Part shown: positions 23,380-36,800 of the stretch, in pieces
How the letters are laid out: every line of letters begins with the position of its first letter
Position numbering within the stretch: position 1 is the stretch's first letter
Assembly (NCBI GenBank): GCA_047967505.1
Contig: CM106538.1
Reading direction: 5' to 3' (one strand)
Source of the DNA: Dipteris shenzhenensis
Taxonomy: Eukaryota
Length of the DNA stretch: 64,000 bases
Notes under the pieces: generated by a model
Seen by the model: the letters and a program-made list of their open reading frames with translations, nothing else
Database searches by the model: none
Told to the model about the DNA's origin: nothing
Translations under genes and position numbers: made by a program

Positions 23380-26300
23380 ACGTTTTCACACAATGTTTGA
23401 GACTTCCTTTACAATATTCATCTACAATGGAGTAAAGCTCTCTAAAAAAATTAACTGAGAATTGTCCTGCGAAGGACAATATGGACTTCATGGAAGCATT
23501 GTCAACATTTTTGCTGATGTCGATAGAGCAGCACAACTCTTGCCAAGGTTCTTGAATCATCATGATACAGTTGCACTAGCTATAAAACGCAAGCTATCTT
23601 TTAAACATAATTATGTAAGTGGAATCATACAACCAACTTATACAATGGTTGCACTAAAAGAACTGTTGTCAAGTCCCTTGTACCAAGAAAACAACATTCG
23701 TATCAATGAGCTTTGGGAGAAACATGTTCAAACCGTACAAGCAAAATAGATATTAGAAGAAAAGAATGATGAGGCAGTTGAAGAAATACAAGAAGAAGAC
23801 TTTGTAACTGATACACTTGTGCCTGGAATATACACAAGTCAACAAGTTGTCGACTTCGAAGGTCAAACTATTGAAGTTGCATGCTTTGAAGGTTTTTCTC
23901 TACTAAGTATGTTCAAGGACAAATTTTGTGAAGAACTATCATTTCCTAAGCTTTTCTTTGGAAACCCTCGACAATACAACATTCCAAAACACATCTCCTA
24001 CCAAGATATTGCAAAATGGGAGTTAACCAATGTAGATCGCCGATTTGCACTATCCAGAGAGGACTTATTCTTCAAGACAATGAAAAGTTCTTTCTTCTTC
24101 TTTGGTTCATATGCGAAAAGTACAAATAAAAGGAATAGTAGCTAAGGATGCTTTGCTAGACACAAACATTGAAAAATTGCTTCATTCCAACATAGGCTAT
24201 TGCGACTTTAGTCAACTAAGAACTTTAGCTGATTATAAGCACTACCTCAAGAAAAATATTTTTGCAATGCTAGGAACACCAACCTTTTTTTTAACCTTGT
24301 CGGTAGCTGAAAAACTATGGGAACCATTGGTAGAAGCAATTTACAAACTCAACCGAAGGACTTCTGAAGAAAAGCATGCAAACCCACAAATGGAGACAAG
24401 TCATCTCCCACGTGCTGATCCAATCACAACAACACAATATTATGTTCATAAATTCCAAGCTCTGAAAACTATTATGAAAAAAGATGAAAAAAACCTTGGT
24501 AAAATAACAGATTTTTTTTCCATATAACTGAATTCCAAAATAGATGCAGCCAGCACGATCACGGTCTTCTATGGATTGAAAATGCTCCTATCTTTGGAAT
24601 ATCTCCAAATTGTGAAATTGAAGACTTTGCGGACAAATACATTTCAACAGACATCCTGCAACTCAATACATAACACATGCAAGTGCAAACAGATAAACAT
24701 CGAAAGACCTACTACAAACGTTTAAAAAAATACAGATTTGGTTACCCACGTGCCCCCATGTCTTCTACAAAGGTATTAGAACCTTTCACCATTCCTCCAA
24801 ATAACAACGTTGTAAAGAAACACATTAAATTGATTAGCGAGACTTTATCTATAGAAAACATGCACCTATTAAAGTACGATGAATTTTGGAATGCTATAAA
24901 ACTAACAGAAGACCAATACATATTAGCACTTCGAGGATCTATTTCACAACCAACTCTCTTCTTGAAAAGAGAACCTAAAGACATTTATACCAACAACTTC
25001 AATCCTCATCTATCGAACTTATGGGGAGCAAACACACATGTACAATTCAAACTAAATCCCCACAGGGCTACTACTTACTATACATCTTACATGACCATAA
25101 TTGACAAAGAGACAACTATAGTTGTCAAAGAAGCACTCTCACAAACCATAAATACTGGCCCCCCACCTAATGAAAGGATTAGGAAAGTGGGAAACACAAT
25201 CTTAAATACTCAGCACATAAGTCCACAATAAGTAGTATATTTAGCTCTATCATTGCCACTATTTACCTCAACAAGGCAATTTCAATATATTAACACAAAC
25301 CCTCCAAATAAACGCACATTACTACTAAAGCGATGCAAACAATTGCAAAAAATGAATCCTCAAAGTACAAAAATTTACTTTGACAACATCATTACAAAGT
25401 ACTTGAAACAAAATATAGGACTTCAACACATCTGCTTAGCAACTTTTGTTAGCACATACACAAACAATGGAAAAGCAACAAAAGAAAGAAAGAAACAAAA
25501 AATCATCTATTTCAACAACTACAATGAAATAAAGGACCCTGAGAACTACTATAGAGAGCAATGTCTTTTATTTCTTCCATTTCACAAAGTTGAACCAAGC
25601 CTTGATAACTACACTTTGACATGGCATGATAAATACAACAACAACAAAGACATTATTGACCCAAACAGAGATAAATTCAACAAGCTAATTCTCAAAATAG
25701 TGGAAAATTCAACAAGTAATTACACAATCACAAGCACCTCAAATATTAGCACAAACAATAACATTGACAACTATGACATTGCAATAGACATGCCCAATCA
25801 ACCCAAAGCAAAGCAACTTCCTAATTACACTTTCAAAAAATATACAATGGCACCTAATAATGATTACTACATTAACTTTAGAATCTTAAACACAAACCAA
25901 TTTTTAATTGTAGAGGATATAATGCCAAGAAAAAGGATTTTCCCATCACAAGCATTTCACCTCTTCTTGACAGGAAATGCAGGAACAGGAAAAACATTCA
26001 CACTTCTAACAATAGTACAAGCACTACTATGAAACTACTTGCACAAACAAACACATAACATTGACTCACCAAAGGTACTTCTCCTAGCATATACAGCAAC
26101 ATTGGTGGACCCACAATACACTCTGCACTACACCTGCCTCTAATGGCATCACACTACACAAGTCTTTCTAGTGAAAGATTACAAGAACTTTCACTGCTCT
26201 ACAAAGACCTTCAACTAGTTGTGTTTGATGAAGTGTCTTTGATAAGCTAGTCCCACTAAGGATTCATGGCTATTTATCAACCAATTATCACAATCAAATA

Positions 26301-27720
26301 TACAAACTTCTTTTTGGAAAGACAATGTCTTGCATTATGAATTAACAAAACCAATGTGCCAATAAAATTCCCAATACCTTGAGATACTGAATATAGTATG
26401 AATAGGGGAACATACGACAAGCGACATATCATACATTAACGAAAAATATCATAGGCAACCACCTCAAAAAGAAAGTATACCACACTTATTCTACACTAAT
26501 GCCTCCAAAGATGCTCATAATGAATAACTATTCCACTTACTCAAAGAAAGTCCTCATATTCTTAAAGCAATAGACAAACCACAAGACATGTAGCAAAACA
26601 ATAACAATACCTTCGAATCCAATAAACACAGGAGGACTACACCAAAAACTTCAACTAAAGCCAGGTATGATAGTGGAAATATGTTCAGGAAATCTCGACA
26701 TCCTTGATGGTTTAGTAAACGATGCAAACGGTATTTTCAAAACTTCAAACATAACACATGAACAAAAAGTTTTCTGGATCTTATTCATCACAAGAGAATT
26801 CTAGATTGGCAAGAACAACCTAAATTCAATTACATGTACATAATTTCCAATCCAACCTGCAACAGCTAGGATGATACACCGTTCTCAAGGACTAACAATG
26901 GATCAACTTGCATTTGACCCATCAAACATAAAATCACATGGATTAACATACACAGCACTATCACGTATAAGAAACCCCAAAAATCTTTACATCATCAAGC
27001 CATTGCAACACAAACACATCAAAGTTGAAAACAACGGCTTAAAAGAAATGGAGAGACTCAAAATAGAAAAACAATGGCATACCCTTCAAACAAACTTTTC
27101 TATGAAAGACTGACAAATCATGACATTGCAATTGCTAAATACACATGCCTTACTCTCACATCACATAAACTTAATCAACAAAAAAAGCTTGTTAAGCACT
27201 ACAATCCTCTGCCTCCAAGAATTACATAACAAAACAACAACAACAATAACCTTGCCATGGAGTAGGAATTGCAACATGTTACAAAAACAACCTTGAACTC
27301 ATTCAAGACAATTATATTCAAGAACAAGGATGTGAATGCTATCTTACAATCTTCAAAATAGAACCATAAAAAGAAATTGCAGTCATAAACGTATACAATT
27401 CCCCATTAACAAAAAAAGAAACACCACTTAAGTCTCTACAAATAACTCTACAAAAAATAAACAATGGCAATAAACAATGTCATTACAACAATAATCATAG
27501 GAGATTTCAACATCAACCTCAGTTTTTCAAACAAGAATAACAAACAACTATTCCATTTCATTAAACAACATAATTACACTCGATTAATTGATCAACCAAA
27601 TACTATTCCTGGATCACATATGGACAAACAATTACAATACAAACAATATATTTGGAACAAACTTCATGTATTGGTCTGACCACTCCTTGATATACACTAC
27701 CATAGATTACTAACAATGAA
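23380..27720 (+). mobile_element. Helentron/HLE2-type Rep-helicase-endonuclease coding region, degenerate
   Basis: GQYGLHGSIVN...LPR...IKRKL; PTFFLTLSVAE (Rep motif 1); TEFQNRCSQHDHGLLWIENAP (HUH); WGANTHVQF..YYTSYM (motif 3); PIF1 FLTGNAGTGKTF, VFDEVSLI, IHRSQGLTMD, YTALSRI; then endonuclease ILCLQE, INVYNSP, IIGDFNINL, WSDH. Confidence 0.9.
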
Positions 27721-28289
27721 AAAAAGTTCTCCTCGCGCCAGGCCTTATGAATGTAATTTAGTTGTTTGCAAGGTTCAGGCATGTAATGCGGCCGGATGGT
27801 TAGATGCCTGATGGAAGGCAAGTCGGTGCCACACGGGCACCTAAGGTCCAACAAGAGCTGTGTATAGCCCAATAAAAAACACATCTCAAACTTCAGCCTA
27901 ACATGTGCCCCTGAAACTCTGATAAGGTTTGACACCTTTAGGCAACCATGTGCCCCTGATTCCAATAACATCAAAGCTTACCGGATTTCAACCTCTATCA
28001 TGCATGTGCCCAAGCTATATGCTACTAAAGACCCATGGGTTTATGAGAGAAAGAGGATAGCACACCCCCAAAGGTGCCCATGTACACCTCAACTTTTGGG
28101 GTGCCCAGAAAGAGTCCTAGACACTCTCGAATAAAGTCTCGGAATCATTACATCATCGTACAAGGTGAATGTCACTCACTCAGCCTACCCTCAGTATTTT
28201 ATCTTTTAATGTATGACAGAGATAGTTGTGTAAATAAGGGAATGGTCAGTCGAGTAAACAAAGCTGGTCCCGCAAAGATCACTTTCTGA

Positions 28290-29480
28290 ATTGTTTGTTC
28301 AGACGTGGTCTAGCGTTGATCCATGTAATATGGTGGGTGATCAAATTAGTTGCTTCATGTCTTTTGTGACCATGAATTGTTGCAGTGTTTGTTTTTGGAA
28401 GTCAATGTTAAAGTCACCTAAGATGTATATTTATCAATTTCTTGTAAACGTCAAAGGCCAGAGTTAATATGGAAGGTTGTTGAAGTGTTTCAAAGACATG
28501 TTTTGCATTTTGTGCATGTCTTTACTCATCTTCATCATCATGGAGGGGTAGCAGAATTCTTATTTCCCTCATTGATGGTTTCAAGAAACCAAACCTACAC
28601 CATCTCTTCTTCTTTAGGCATGTTCTTCTAGGTCTATGGGTTTGTATGTCCTTCTTCGGTATGTTCAACAATGTAATGTCTATTGTCTATGGGTTTGTAT
28701 GTCCTCTAGTATATTCAACAACGTAATGTCTATTGTTATGTATTGGTCAATAAACTTAATAATTTCATCCATTGTACATTTGTCAACTGTGGGTGCATCT
28801 TTTATCCATAGTAAGCCATGGTCATGTTGACTTCCTCTGTTTTGGAATTCAGTGAGACGAAGAAATAGTCTTTAATGTCTCCAATAATTGATGCATCTTT
28901 ATGTATGAGACGCTTTAATGCTTGGAACCTGTGCACATAGTATTGCGCCATTGTCATTGGGTCTGAGCAAATTAAATCTTAGAGCTGTGAAGGGTTTATT
29001 GGTACTTGAATTGGATTACTGGGATTTTGCAAGTCTTGTAAGCATTGAAGAGTGACTCCCATAGTCATCATGTTGTCGAGAGTGTTATGAAGAATATGGG
29101 TACACCTAGTTGACGTAGCATTGTGAATAAGTTATTCTTTAGTTTGTTTTTATAGTCCATCGACATCCTAAGGCATGTGTAGTCTTTCTACCCGTCGCTT
29201 GATTGTAGTAGCTTTTCAATGTTTGTGTCAACTACATTGCCCTCCTTTGCACACAATGTATGGCGTCTAAGTTGCCCTTTACTCATTCAGACCCATGTTG
29301 ATGAAAGTACTCCTCGAACTATAATTTTCATTCTCTTAAAGAAAAGGTTTCTCCATTGATAGTGCAAATCTTCTCTCTTTGTTTGTCAATTCCCATTGTG
29401 CTATGCTTTGGTATGATGTGCAAGATGGGATTGCATACTCTCTAGCATGTCCATTAAAAATACTTGGAAATGCCAACTCC
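28290..29480 (-). mobile_element. Second, diverged Helentron Rep fragment in inverted orientation
   Basis: Minus strand SYQSIAQWELTNKERRFA, LFTMLRQLGVPIFFITLS and TEFQNRGSQHDHGLLWIKDAP, homologous to 23990-24600. Confidence 0.88.
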
Positions 29481-30387
29481 TCACAATGTAGCTCCCTGGA
29501 GCTCGTCAGTTGCCTCCCTCAGCTTGCTGCAGCCCATCAGATGCTTAGCTTCCCAAGGCCTACACTTGCATCCAATGGTCGATATAATTGTTGATGGTAG
29601 CACAACAATGAAGTGGATGTACATACCATCAACAATCAAATTTTGACCAAAGCTATCCCCTTCTTACTTGATGACTCGTTTACTGTGGGAAACCTTATAC
29701 AAATTCTTATGGTAACAAGTGTGGGAAAGTCTGCACTTACACAAACAATTTATTCATGGAAAGATGGAGAGCAGCAAAAGCAACGAAATAAATTACACTA
29801 TGTACAGACTTGTTTACCTGATTGAACTTGACTGCCACACAGTCACTGATAGCAAGCTAGGTGCTAGAGTTTGCACTCGTGGACACAACAAATCATGCAC
29901 CTGAACACACATAAGGAGCACGATCAAATCACAAAATGCCACGAAATGTACTTACCATTCAAAATGAAACTGTCATCAAGGGTATCTCCTTCAACCTTGA
30001 TTCTAGTTTTCAAAATGTGTAGATCCTATGCGGCATCGCACATATCTTCTATGTAGTAACCTGAGTTCTCTATCTCCTCCCTAATTTTGATGGAACATAC
30101 TTCAACTGCGAAGCCAAAAACATAAGCTCTAGTTTTGAAGCCTTAAGCATATCTTATAGCAAAATATTACATGCACCTACAAAAGTATCGTGAACTGCAT
30201 CGGCAAATCGATTTGATGCAGCTGATAAGCTACAAAACTATTGGGTCACTCACGACCCATCCATGCAATATGTGTTGCGTGCGTGCCACGTGTCATGGCA
30301 TGCATGCCAACACTTAGTTGGCAATCACAAATATAAGCTTAGTTAGCTATCACATGCACTACACTGTTCCATTAGCATCTTGCACAT

Positions 30388-32560
30388 TGTATGAGGTCTA
30401 TCCTCCTGTTGTTTTGGGATGTCCTCATGGAGAGCACGTATATCAAGAAGTGAATGATGCAATGGAGTACACTGTGTTTTCTACTTTGCACAATTCGTGC
30501 AAGTGTTATGTGCAAAATGTCATTGGTATCAGAGCAAGGCTCAAGTATGGCGATGCATTGGTCTAGCAGTTCAATGCATCGCTTTGTCCCAGTGTTCGAT
30601 GGGACTGGCTTTGAATCATGGAAGAGAATGATGACTCTTCATTTGAAGGGAGAAGGATACTTTCAAATTGTTGATGGCACCAAGAAGAAGCCAAATGTGA
30701 TAGCAGCAATGGTTTGTGGATATGGCACTTGTAAACAAATATGAAAAAAAGTCATAGATCGAGGTGTTGCATCTCTTGCACAAGCTTGACAATATGCAAT
30801 ACATTGAGGGTAAGGATTTGCGTGCTCATGTCAGAGAGATGAAAGAAATTTACAATCAACTTGCGTGTGCAAGAGAAGCTTACAAGATCCATGTGGGGTA
30901 GCAGAAATTGAGTTGTATTAATCACTTCTAAGTTCTTGGCATGCATTCACAAGTACATTGATGACCAACAAAGCATTGACATGGGAGCAAGTAGCAAATG
31001 CTCTTTATGAGGAAGAAACCATGCGAATTGACTTAGGAATGTTGACACTGAAAGTTGAGCATGCACTGATGTGAAGCACAGCAAGGAAAGATCAAGCTCT
31101 AGTGGCAAATGCAACACCAAAAGTCTCTACTTGTCCTCGATCCTCTAGACTAAAAGGCAAGTGTAGATATTGTGGAATAGAAGACCATTTTGAATTTGAG
31201 TGTAGATGAAAGCTTGCAGATCTGGAACAAGTGAAGGAGCTCAAGTTAAGATCACCGACATCGGCAGACTCTACAAATGATAAAGTGCGCATGCATGAAG
31301 CCTGTCACGTATCAAAGGCATGCATGGTGGATAGTCTCATCCTCGACTCTAGAGCAAATCACTACATGAGTTATGACAAAGATTGGTTCCTAGGCTACAA
31401 GCCATGCACTTCAATCATAACCATTCAAATGGGTGATACTTTTTGGCTCTCTAGAGTACTATATGTTCCGAACTTGAGACAAGATCTAATTTCAATAGCA
31501 TGGTTGACTGACATGGGACTAGTAGTTGAGTTCAATGCTAGCTCTAGTATCATTCTTCTTAAGGAGTCTAATCAGATAGTTTCCAAAGGTATTCGACATC
31601 AATGATTGGACATTGTAGAAATTAAAAACGTAGTGCTAGTGGCCACCAGTGATAGTAATATTGATTTTTGGCATGAGCGTGTTGCTCACACAAGTATCAA
31701 AAATATCAAACTTCTCCACTCTCAAGGTCTTGTGCTAGGTTTTCCATCCCAGATCACCCACGATTGGGAACTTTTGAGGCATGTGTACTTAAACACATTA
31801 GAAGCTCATTCTCATGTCAAGGTGAACGAGCCTTAGAGCTCCTTGCTTGATTGCACTCTGATCTCTACGGTCCTATTCCAGTTCCCTCAAAAGGAAAAAG
31901 CAAATACTACATGACGTTCGTGGATGATGCAAGTCGATGGACCAAAGCATATTTTCTCAAGCACAAATCACAAGCTTTTGAGTGCTTTCAACACTATCAA
32001 AAAATGGATGAGCTACAAATAGGAAAGAGACTCAAAGTGTTTCGATTAGGGAATGGGGAAAGGAAGCATCGGACAACAAGTGGTTCTCAGCTCACACTAT
32101 GCTCACTGAAAGTAATTTGGATCCATCATTCTAGCACAAAACAATCCATACTTCTATATATGTACAAAATTGGCTTCCCAGTTTTGCATTGGAGAATTCT
32201 ACACCCTACAAACAATGGAAAGGTACAAAGCCAGATGTCTCATATTTCAAGGTCTTTGGATGCCATGCTTTGCTAAGACTCCCGTAGTACATTGTGACAA
32301 ATTTGATCCAAGAAGTGTTCGGACTATCTTCATAGGATATCTTTTAGATCTATCTTTCAGTTCAATGTGGTTACAAGTTGTGGGATCCAATTCATGTTCA
32401 TATGCTTGTTAGCACCGATGTCATATTCCATGAAGATATTTTTTCGGGTGTAACTGATCATCGTGTGGATCTTTCAACTTTGGATTTCCTAGAGCAAGAT
32501 CCTACTGTGTGTGCTTTGCTTGCCACAAGTGAACTTGCAGACATTCAATTGTTTTTTGTT
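30388..32560 (+). mobile_element. Heavily decayed Ty1/copia 5' half (LTR end 30522, PBS 30524-30535, gag, PR, IN)
   Basis: CA-t-TGGTATCAGAGC; PVFDGTGFESWK gag start; CRYCGIEDHFEFEC; ILDSRANHYM; HSDLYGP...YYMTFVDDASR. Confidence 0.88.
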
Positions 32561-32639
32561 GCTTTTCTCCCCTCCCCCCCCTTCCTTGCCTATATAAACC
32601 CTCCTCCCCCCCCCTGGCATATTGGAAAGGACTCCAATT

Positions 32640-32849
32640 AAGTCTCTCTCTCTCTCTCCCCTAATTTGTATGTTTATTTTAATGATCTCCTACGAGAGAG
32701 AGAGAGAGAGTGTGTGTGAAGAGAAAGAAAGAGAGTGAAAAGAAATTGTTCTTCTTCTTCTTTTCACTCTCTTTCTCTCTCTTTAAAATTGTTCTTCTTC
32801 TTCTTTTCACTGTCTCTCTTTTCACTCTCTTTCTCTCTCTTCACACACA

Positions 32850-32901
<52 letters not shown>

Positions 32902-32999
32902 GGATCATTAAAATAACATACAAATTATGGGAGAGGGAGAGGGAGAGAGAGAGTCTCGTAGGGGATCATTAAAATAACATACAAATTAGGGGAGAGGGA

Positions 33000-33041
<42 letters not shown>

Positions 33042-33196
33042 CATGGAGAGGGAGAATAAATGTTGGTTAGAGAGAGAGAGTGAAGAGAGAGAAAGAGAGT
33101 GAAAAGGGAGGCAGTGAAAAGAAGAAGAACAATTTTAATGTATTGGAAAATACTACATAGACATCGTGTAGGGGATCATTAAAATAAACATACAAA

Positions 33197-33249
<53 letters not shown>

Positions 33250-33385
33250 AGGGAGGGAGGGAGGGAGGGAGGGAGGAAGGGAGGGATGTCATAAAGCGGG
33301 AGAATAATAATCTGTTGGTAAGAGATGTAGATAGATAGATAGATACAGATACAGATACAGATACAGATACAGATACAAATACAGA

Positions 33386-33417
<32 letters not shown>

Positions 33418-33429
33418 CATACATATATC

Positions 33430-33471
<42 letters not shown>

Positions 33472-33472
33472 G
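32640..33472. repeat. Compound microsatellite (GA/TC, GGGA, GATACA, CATA, TA) with interspersed direct and inverted ~30-bp units
   Basis: AGGGGATCATTAAAATAA(A)CATACAAATTA at ~32899, ~32960, ~33170 and inverted at ~32662-32692. Confidence 0.9.
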
Positions 33473-33833
33473 TGTCACAAGTGGAATTGGTGGAACAAAA
33501 AATGGCGGTTGCAAAAAAACTCGCTTCCCGCCCATCCCCTTATGTACAAATCTTTTTTATAATATAATACAAACTTCTTTTTGTTCAAAAACAAAAAAAA
33601 CTTAGTACTCTAAGAGGCACTTTGGTGTTAGTTTCACCATCCTATAAGTATTCCATAGTTTGGAGGAGTAATCACAAGTCTTTAGGTCTATTACAAGAAC
33701 CAATCATGAGTAGAGTGAGATCATAGTCATAGTGGTATTCATTGTGTGTACTTTCCTAGGAGACTTGATTTAAATATATTATCCCATAGCATTTATTTTA
33801 TACTGGACATGTAAGACCCACAATTTTCCTTCA
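33473..33833 (+). repeat. Possible LTR remnant
   Basis: TGTCACAAG...TTTTCCTTCA termini; no TSD or partner LTR found. Confidence 0.3.
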
Positions 33834-33859
33834 TCTTGCATTCGGTCCATTGATGGTGC

Positions 33860-36800
33860 AAGGTCCACGTACCTGCATGAGATAATTGGTGCACTTGTCC
33901 CAAAATCTAGCACAAAGATGCATACGGATTCTCCCACCAAAGTACGACGGTCTTGTTACAGCACTAAATACACAGAACAAAAATCTGCCCCTTAACTTTG
34001 AGGATTTCAGTGCAATGCTTCTAGAGGAGGAGATGCATCAAAAGATGAGGACTAGAGAAGATTCAACTTTCTACACTAGATCAAAGAAAGGTAAGGTAAG
34101 GACTCTAGTAACCCATCTTCTTCTAATGATAAAAAGAGAAAGAAGAAGATTAAGTGCTTCTATTGCAACAAGGCAAGGCACAAGCAGAATGAGTGCCGAA
34201 AGAAGATTGCAGATGAGAAGAACAGAGTAAAGAAAGAGTCTAGCAACAGCGCGCAGGCAGTACCAGTAGAGCTGTTCATAGCAATTGAGGAGATTTGCAT
34301 GGAGGCAATTCATGTACCTGTAGATGAACCTTGGATTATTGACACTGGTGCATCACACCACATGACCAGTCAGAAGGATTGGTATACTTCTCTACAACCG
34401 GTAGGGAATGACATCCTGGTAGCAATCGGCAATGATGCAAAATGTCCAGCAAAAGGAAAAGGTACAATTGCTCTCAAGTCAGATGGAGTTGTAAAACAAT
34501 TGTCCGATGTTCTTTATGTGCCAGATATCAAGAGGAACTTGTTGTCCATTTCTGCGATCACGGATCGGGACCTCAAAGCTCAATTCGATAAGAATGGTGC
34601 ATAGATTTTGGATCTTCAAGGAAGGTCATTGGTAAAGGTAGATGGCACAACAACATCTACGAACTCTTAGCTTTTAGTGCTCGAGCCGATGTGAAGAACA
34701 CTAAGCTATGGCATGAGAGGTTTGGTCATCTAAACCTTAGTTCTTTAAAGGAGATGCATGAAAGTGGAATGATTACAGACCTACCAGAAATTACAGATCT
34801 GCTCGATGTATGTGAAGCTTGCATGATGGGCAAGTAGCATCGGCAGCCCTTTCCTAAAGAGGCCAGTAGGGCAAAGGCTCCTCTAGAGCTCGTTCACATG
34901 GACCTCTACGGAAAGATGGAGATGGAAGCTTTGGGTGGTTCCTACTACTTCATGACGCTGATCGACGACTACAGTAGAAAGATATTGATATCCTTCCTGA
35001 AGACTAAAGATGAGGCTTTTAGTAAGTTCAAAGAATGGCATGTAATCGTCAAGAAAGAATCAGGGAGGAAGGTGAAGAAGTTGAGATCAAATAGAGGTGG
35101 AGAGTTCACATCAAGTGAATTCGAAAGTTACTGCAAAAGTCACGGGATCAAATTCCCATGTAGCATTTGCTTCCAAGGCATCCATTTCTTCATCCATGGC
35201 TTTCTCCCATTTTTCTTAGTAGAGACCCCCGCCACACACATCACAGCAAAATGGAGTAGCAGAATGCAAGATGCGCGTCATCTGCGAAATGGGCAGGAGT
35301 ATGATGAAAGAGAAAGATTTGCCAAAGGCTTTCTAGGCTAAAGCATGTAACACAGCAGTTTACATTCTCAATCATAGCTACACGAAGGCTGTAACGGGAT
35401 GACTCCAATGCATGCCTTTTTTGGTAAGAAACCTTCAGTTGCACATTTCAAAGTTTTTGGATGTGATTGTTTTGTGCATGTCCCTGATGCTAACGGGACC
35501 AAATGGGAACCGAAGAGCCAAAAGTGTATTTTCTTGGGCTACAATGAAGAGGCGAAGGGTTACCATCTCTATAACCCTATTATCAAGAAGGTAATAGTAA
35601 GTTGCGATGTGGTCTTCTCAGAACAGCCGCATCAATTGGAGGAGGATGCTTCCTTCCCAGACAACCAGGACCAGGATATCCATCCAGTACAACCACCAAT
35701 AGCAGACCAAACTCCCCCAATGGTGCTTGGGAGGATTCAAGATAAAGAAGAGGAAGAAGAGCCTACAGAACCACAATGGCAACGGCCATTCCCGAAGTGG
35801 GTAAAGCAGCTTTTGGACAGCAGAGAACCTCCAGCCATTAAGGAGGAACCATCCGAACACCGTCGGTCCAAGAGATTAGAGGAGCAAAGAAGGGCGCAGG
35901 AACACTTGGTCAACTATGCTTTGATGACAGAGGTGATCCATGCTGATGAACCCATGTGTCTTAAAGAGGCACAGGGTGATGATAGGTGGATGGAGGCTAT
36001 GCAGTCGGAGTATGGCTCCATAATGAAGAACAACACTTGGGACCTTGTGGATCGACCACCAAAATGATATGTAATCGGCACCAAGTGGGTGTACAAGACG
36101 AAATACAAGTCCGACGGCATGTTGGATAAGTACAAGGCTCGGCTCATGGCAAAAGGATTCGCACAAGTACATGGTTTTGATTATCAGGATACTTTTGCTC
36201 CCACAACTTGACTAACCACAATTCGCAGTGTTTTGGCGTTAGATGCCCAGGGAAGTTGGCCCCTGTTTCAAATGGATGTAAAATCTATATTTTTGAATGG
36301 AGATCTTAAGGAGGAGGTATAAGTGGAACAACCACTAGGTTTTAAGATCCTCGATTCAGAAGGTAAAGTCTATAAAGTGAAGAAGGCACTTTACGCGCTG
36401 AAACAGGCCCCAGAGCGTGGTACCAGTGGATTGATGCCTACTTTCTACAAAACAGGTTCAGGAGGAGCCCATCTGATGCAAATTTGTATATCTATAGAGA
36501 AGGAGACAGGTGTATGATCATGGTCCTTTATGTGGATGATCTTGTCATAACAGGGAACCATGAAGAGAAGATTTTGCAGACAAAGAAGTTGCTAGGAAGA
36601 GAGTTTGAAATGACAGACCTCGGACTGATGCATTTCTGTTTGGGGATTGAAGTTTGGCAAGAGCCAAAACAGATCTTCATTTCATAGTTGAAGTATGCTG
36701 GAGAGATACTGAAGGCATTTGGCATGGCTGAGTGCAAGACAATTGGCACCCCTATGGAGGTTAACGTGAAGCTCTCAAACAAGGATTCATCACCACTGGT

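Noticed and set aside
25950-27113. Host PIF1 helicase gene
   Set aside because: Intronless, decayed, and flanked by HUH Rep and endonuclease motifs, so transposon-encoded.
32710-33431. ORFs rich in SL, CI or VS repeats
   Set aside because: Translations of microsatellites.
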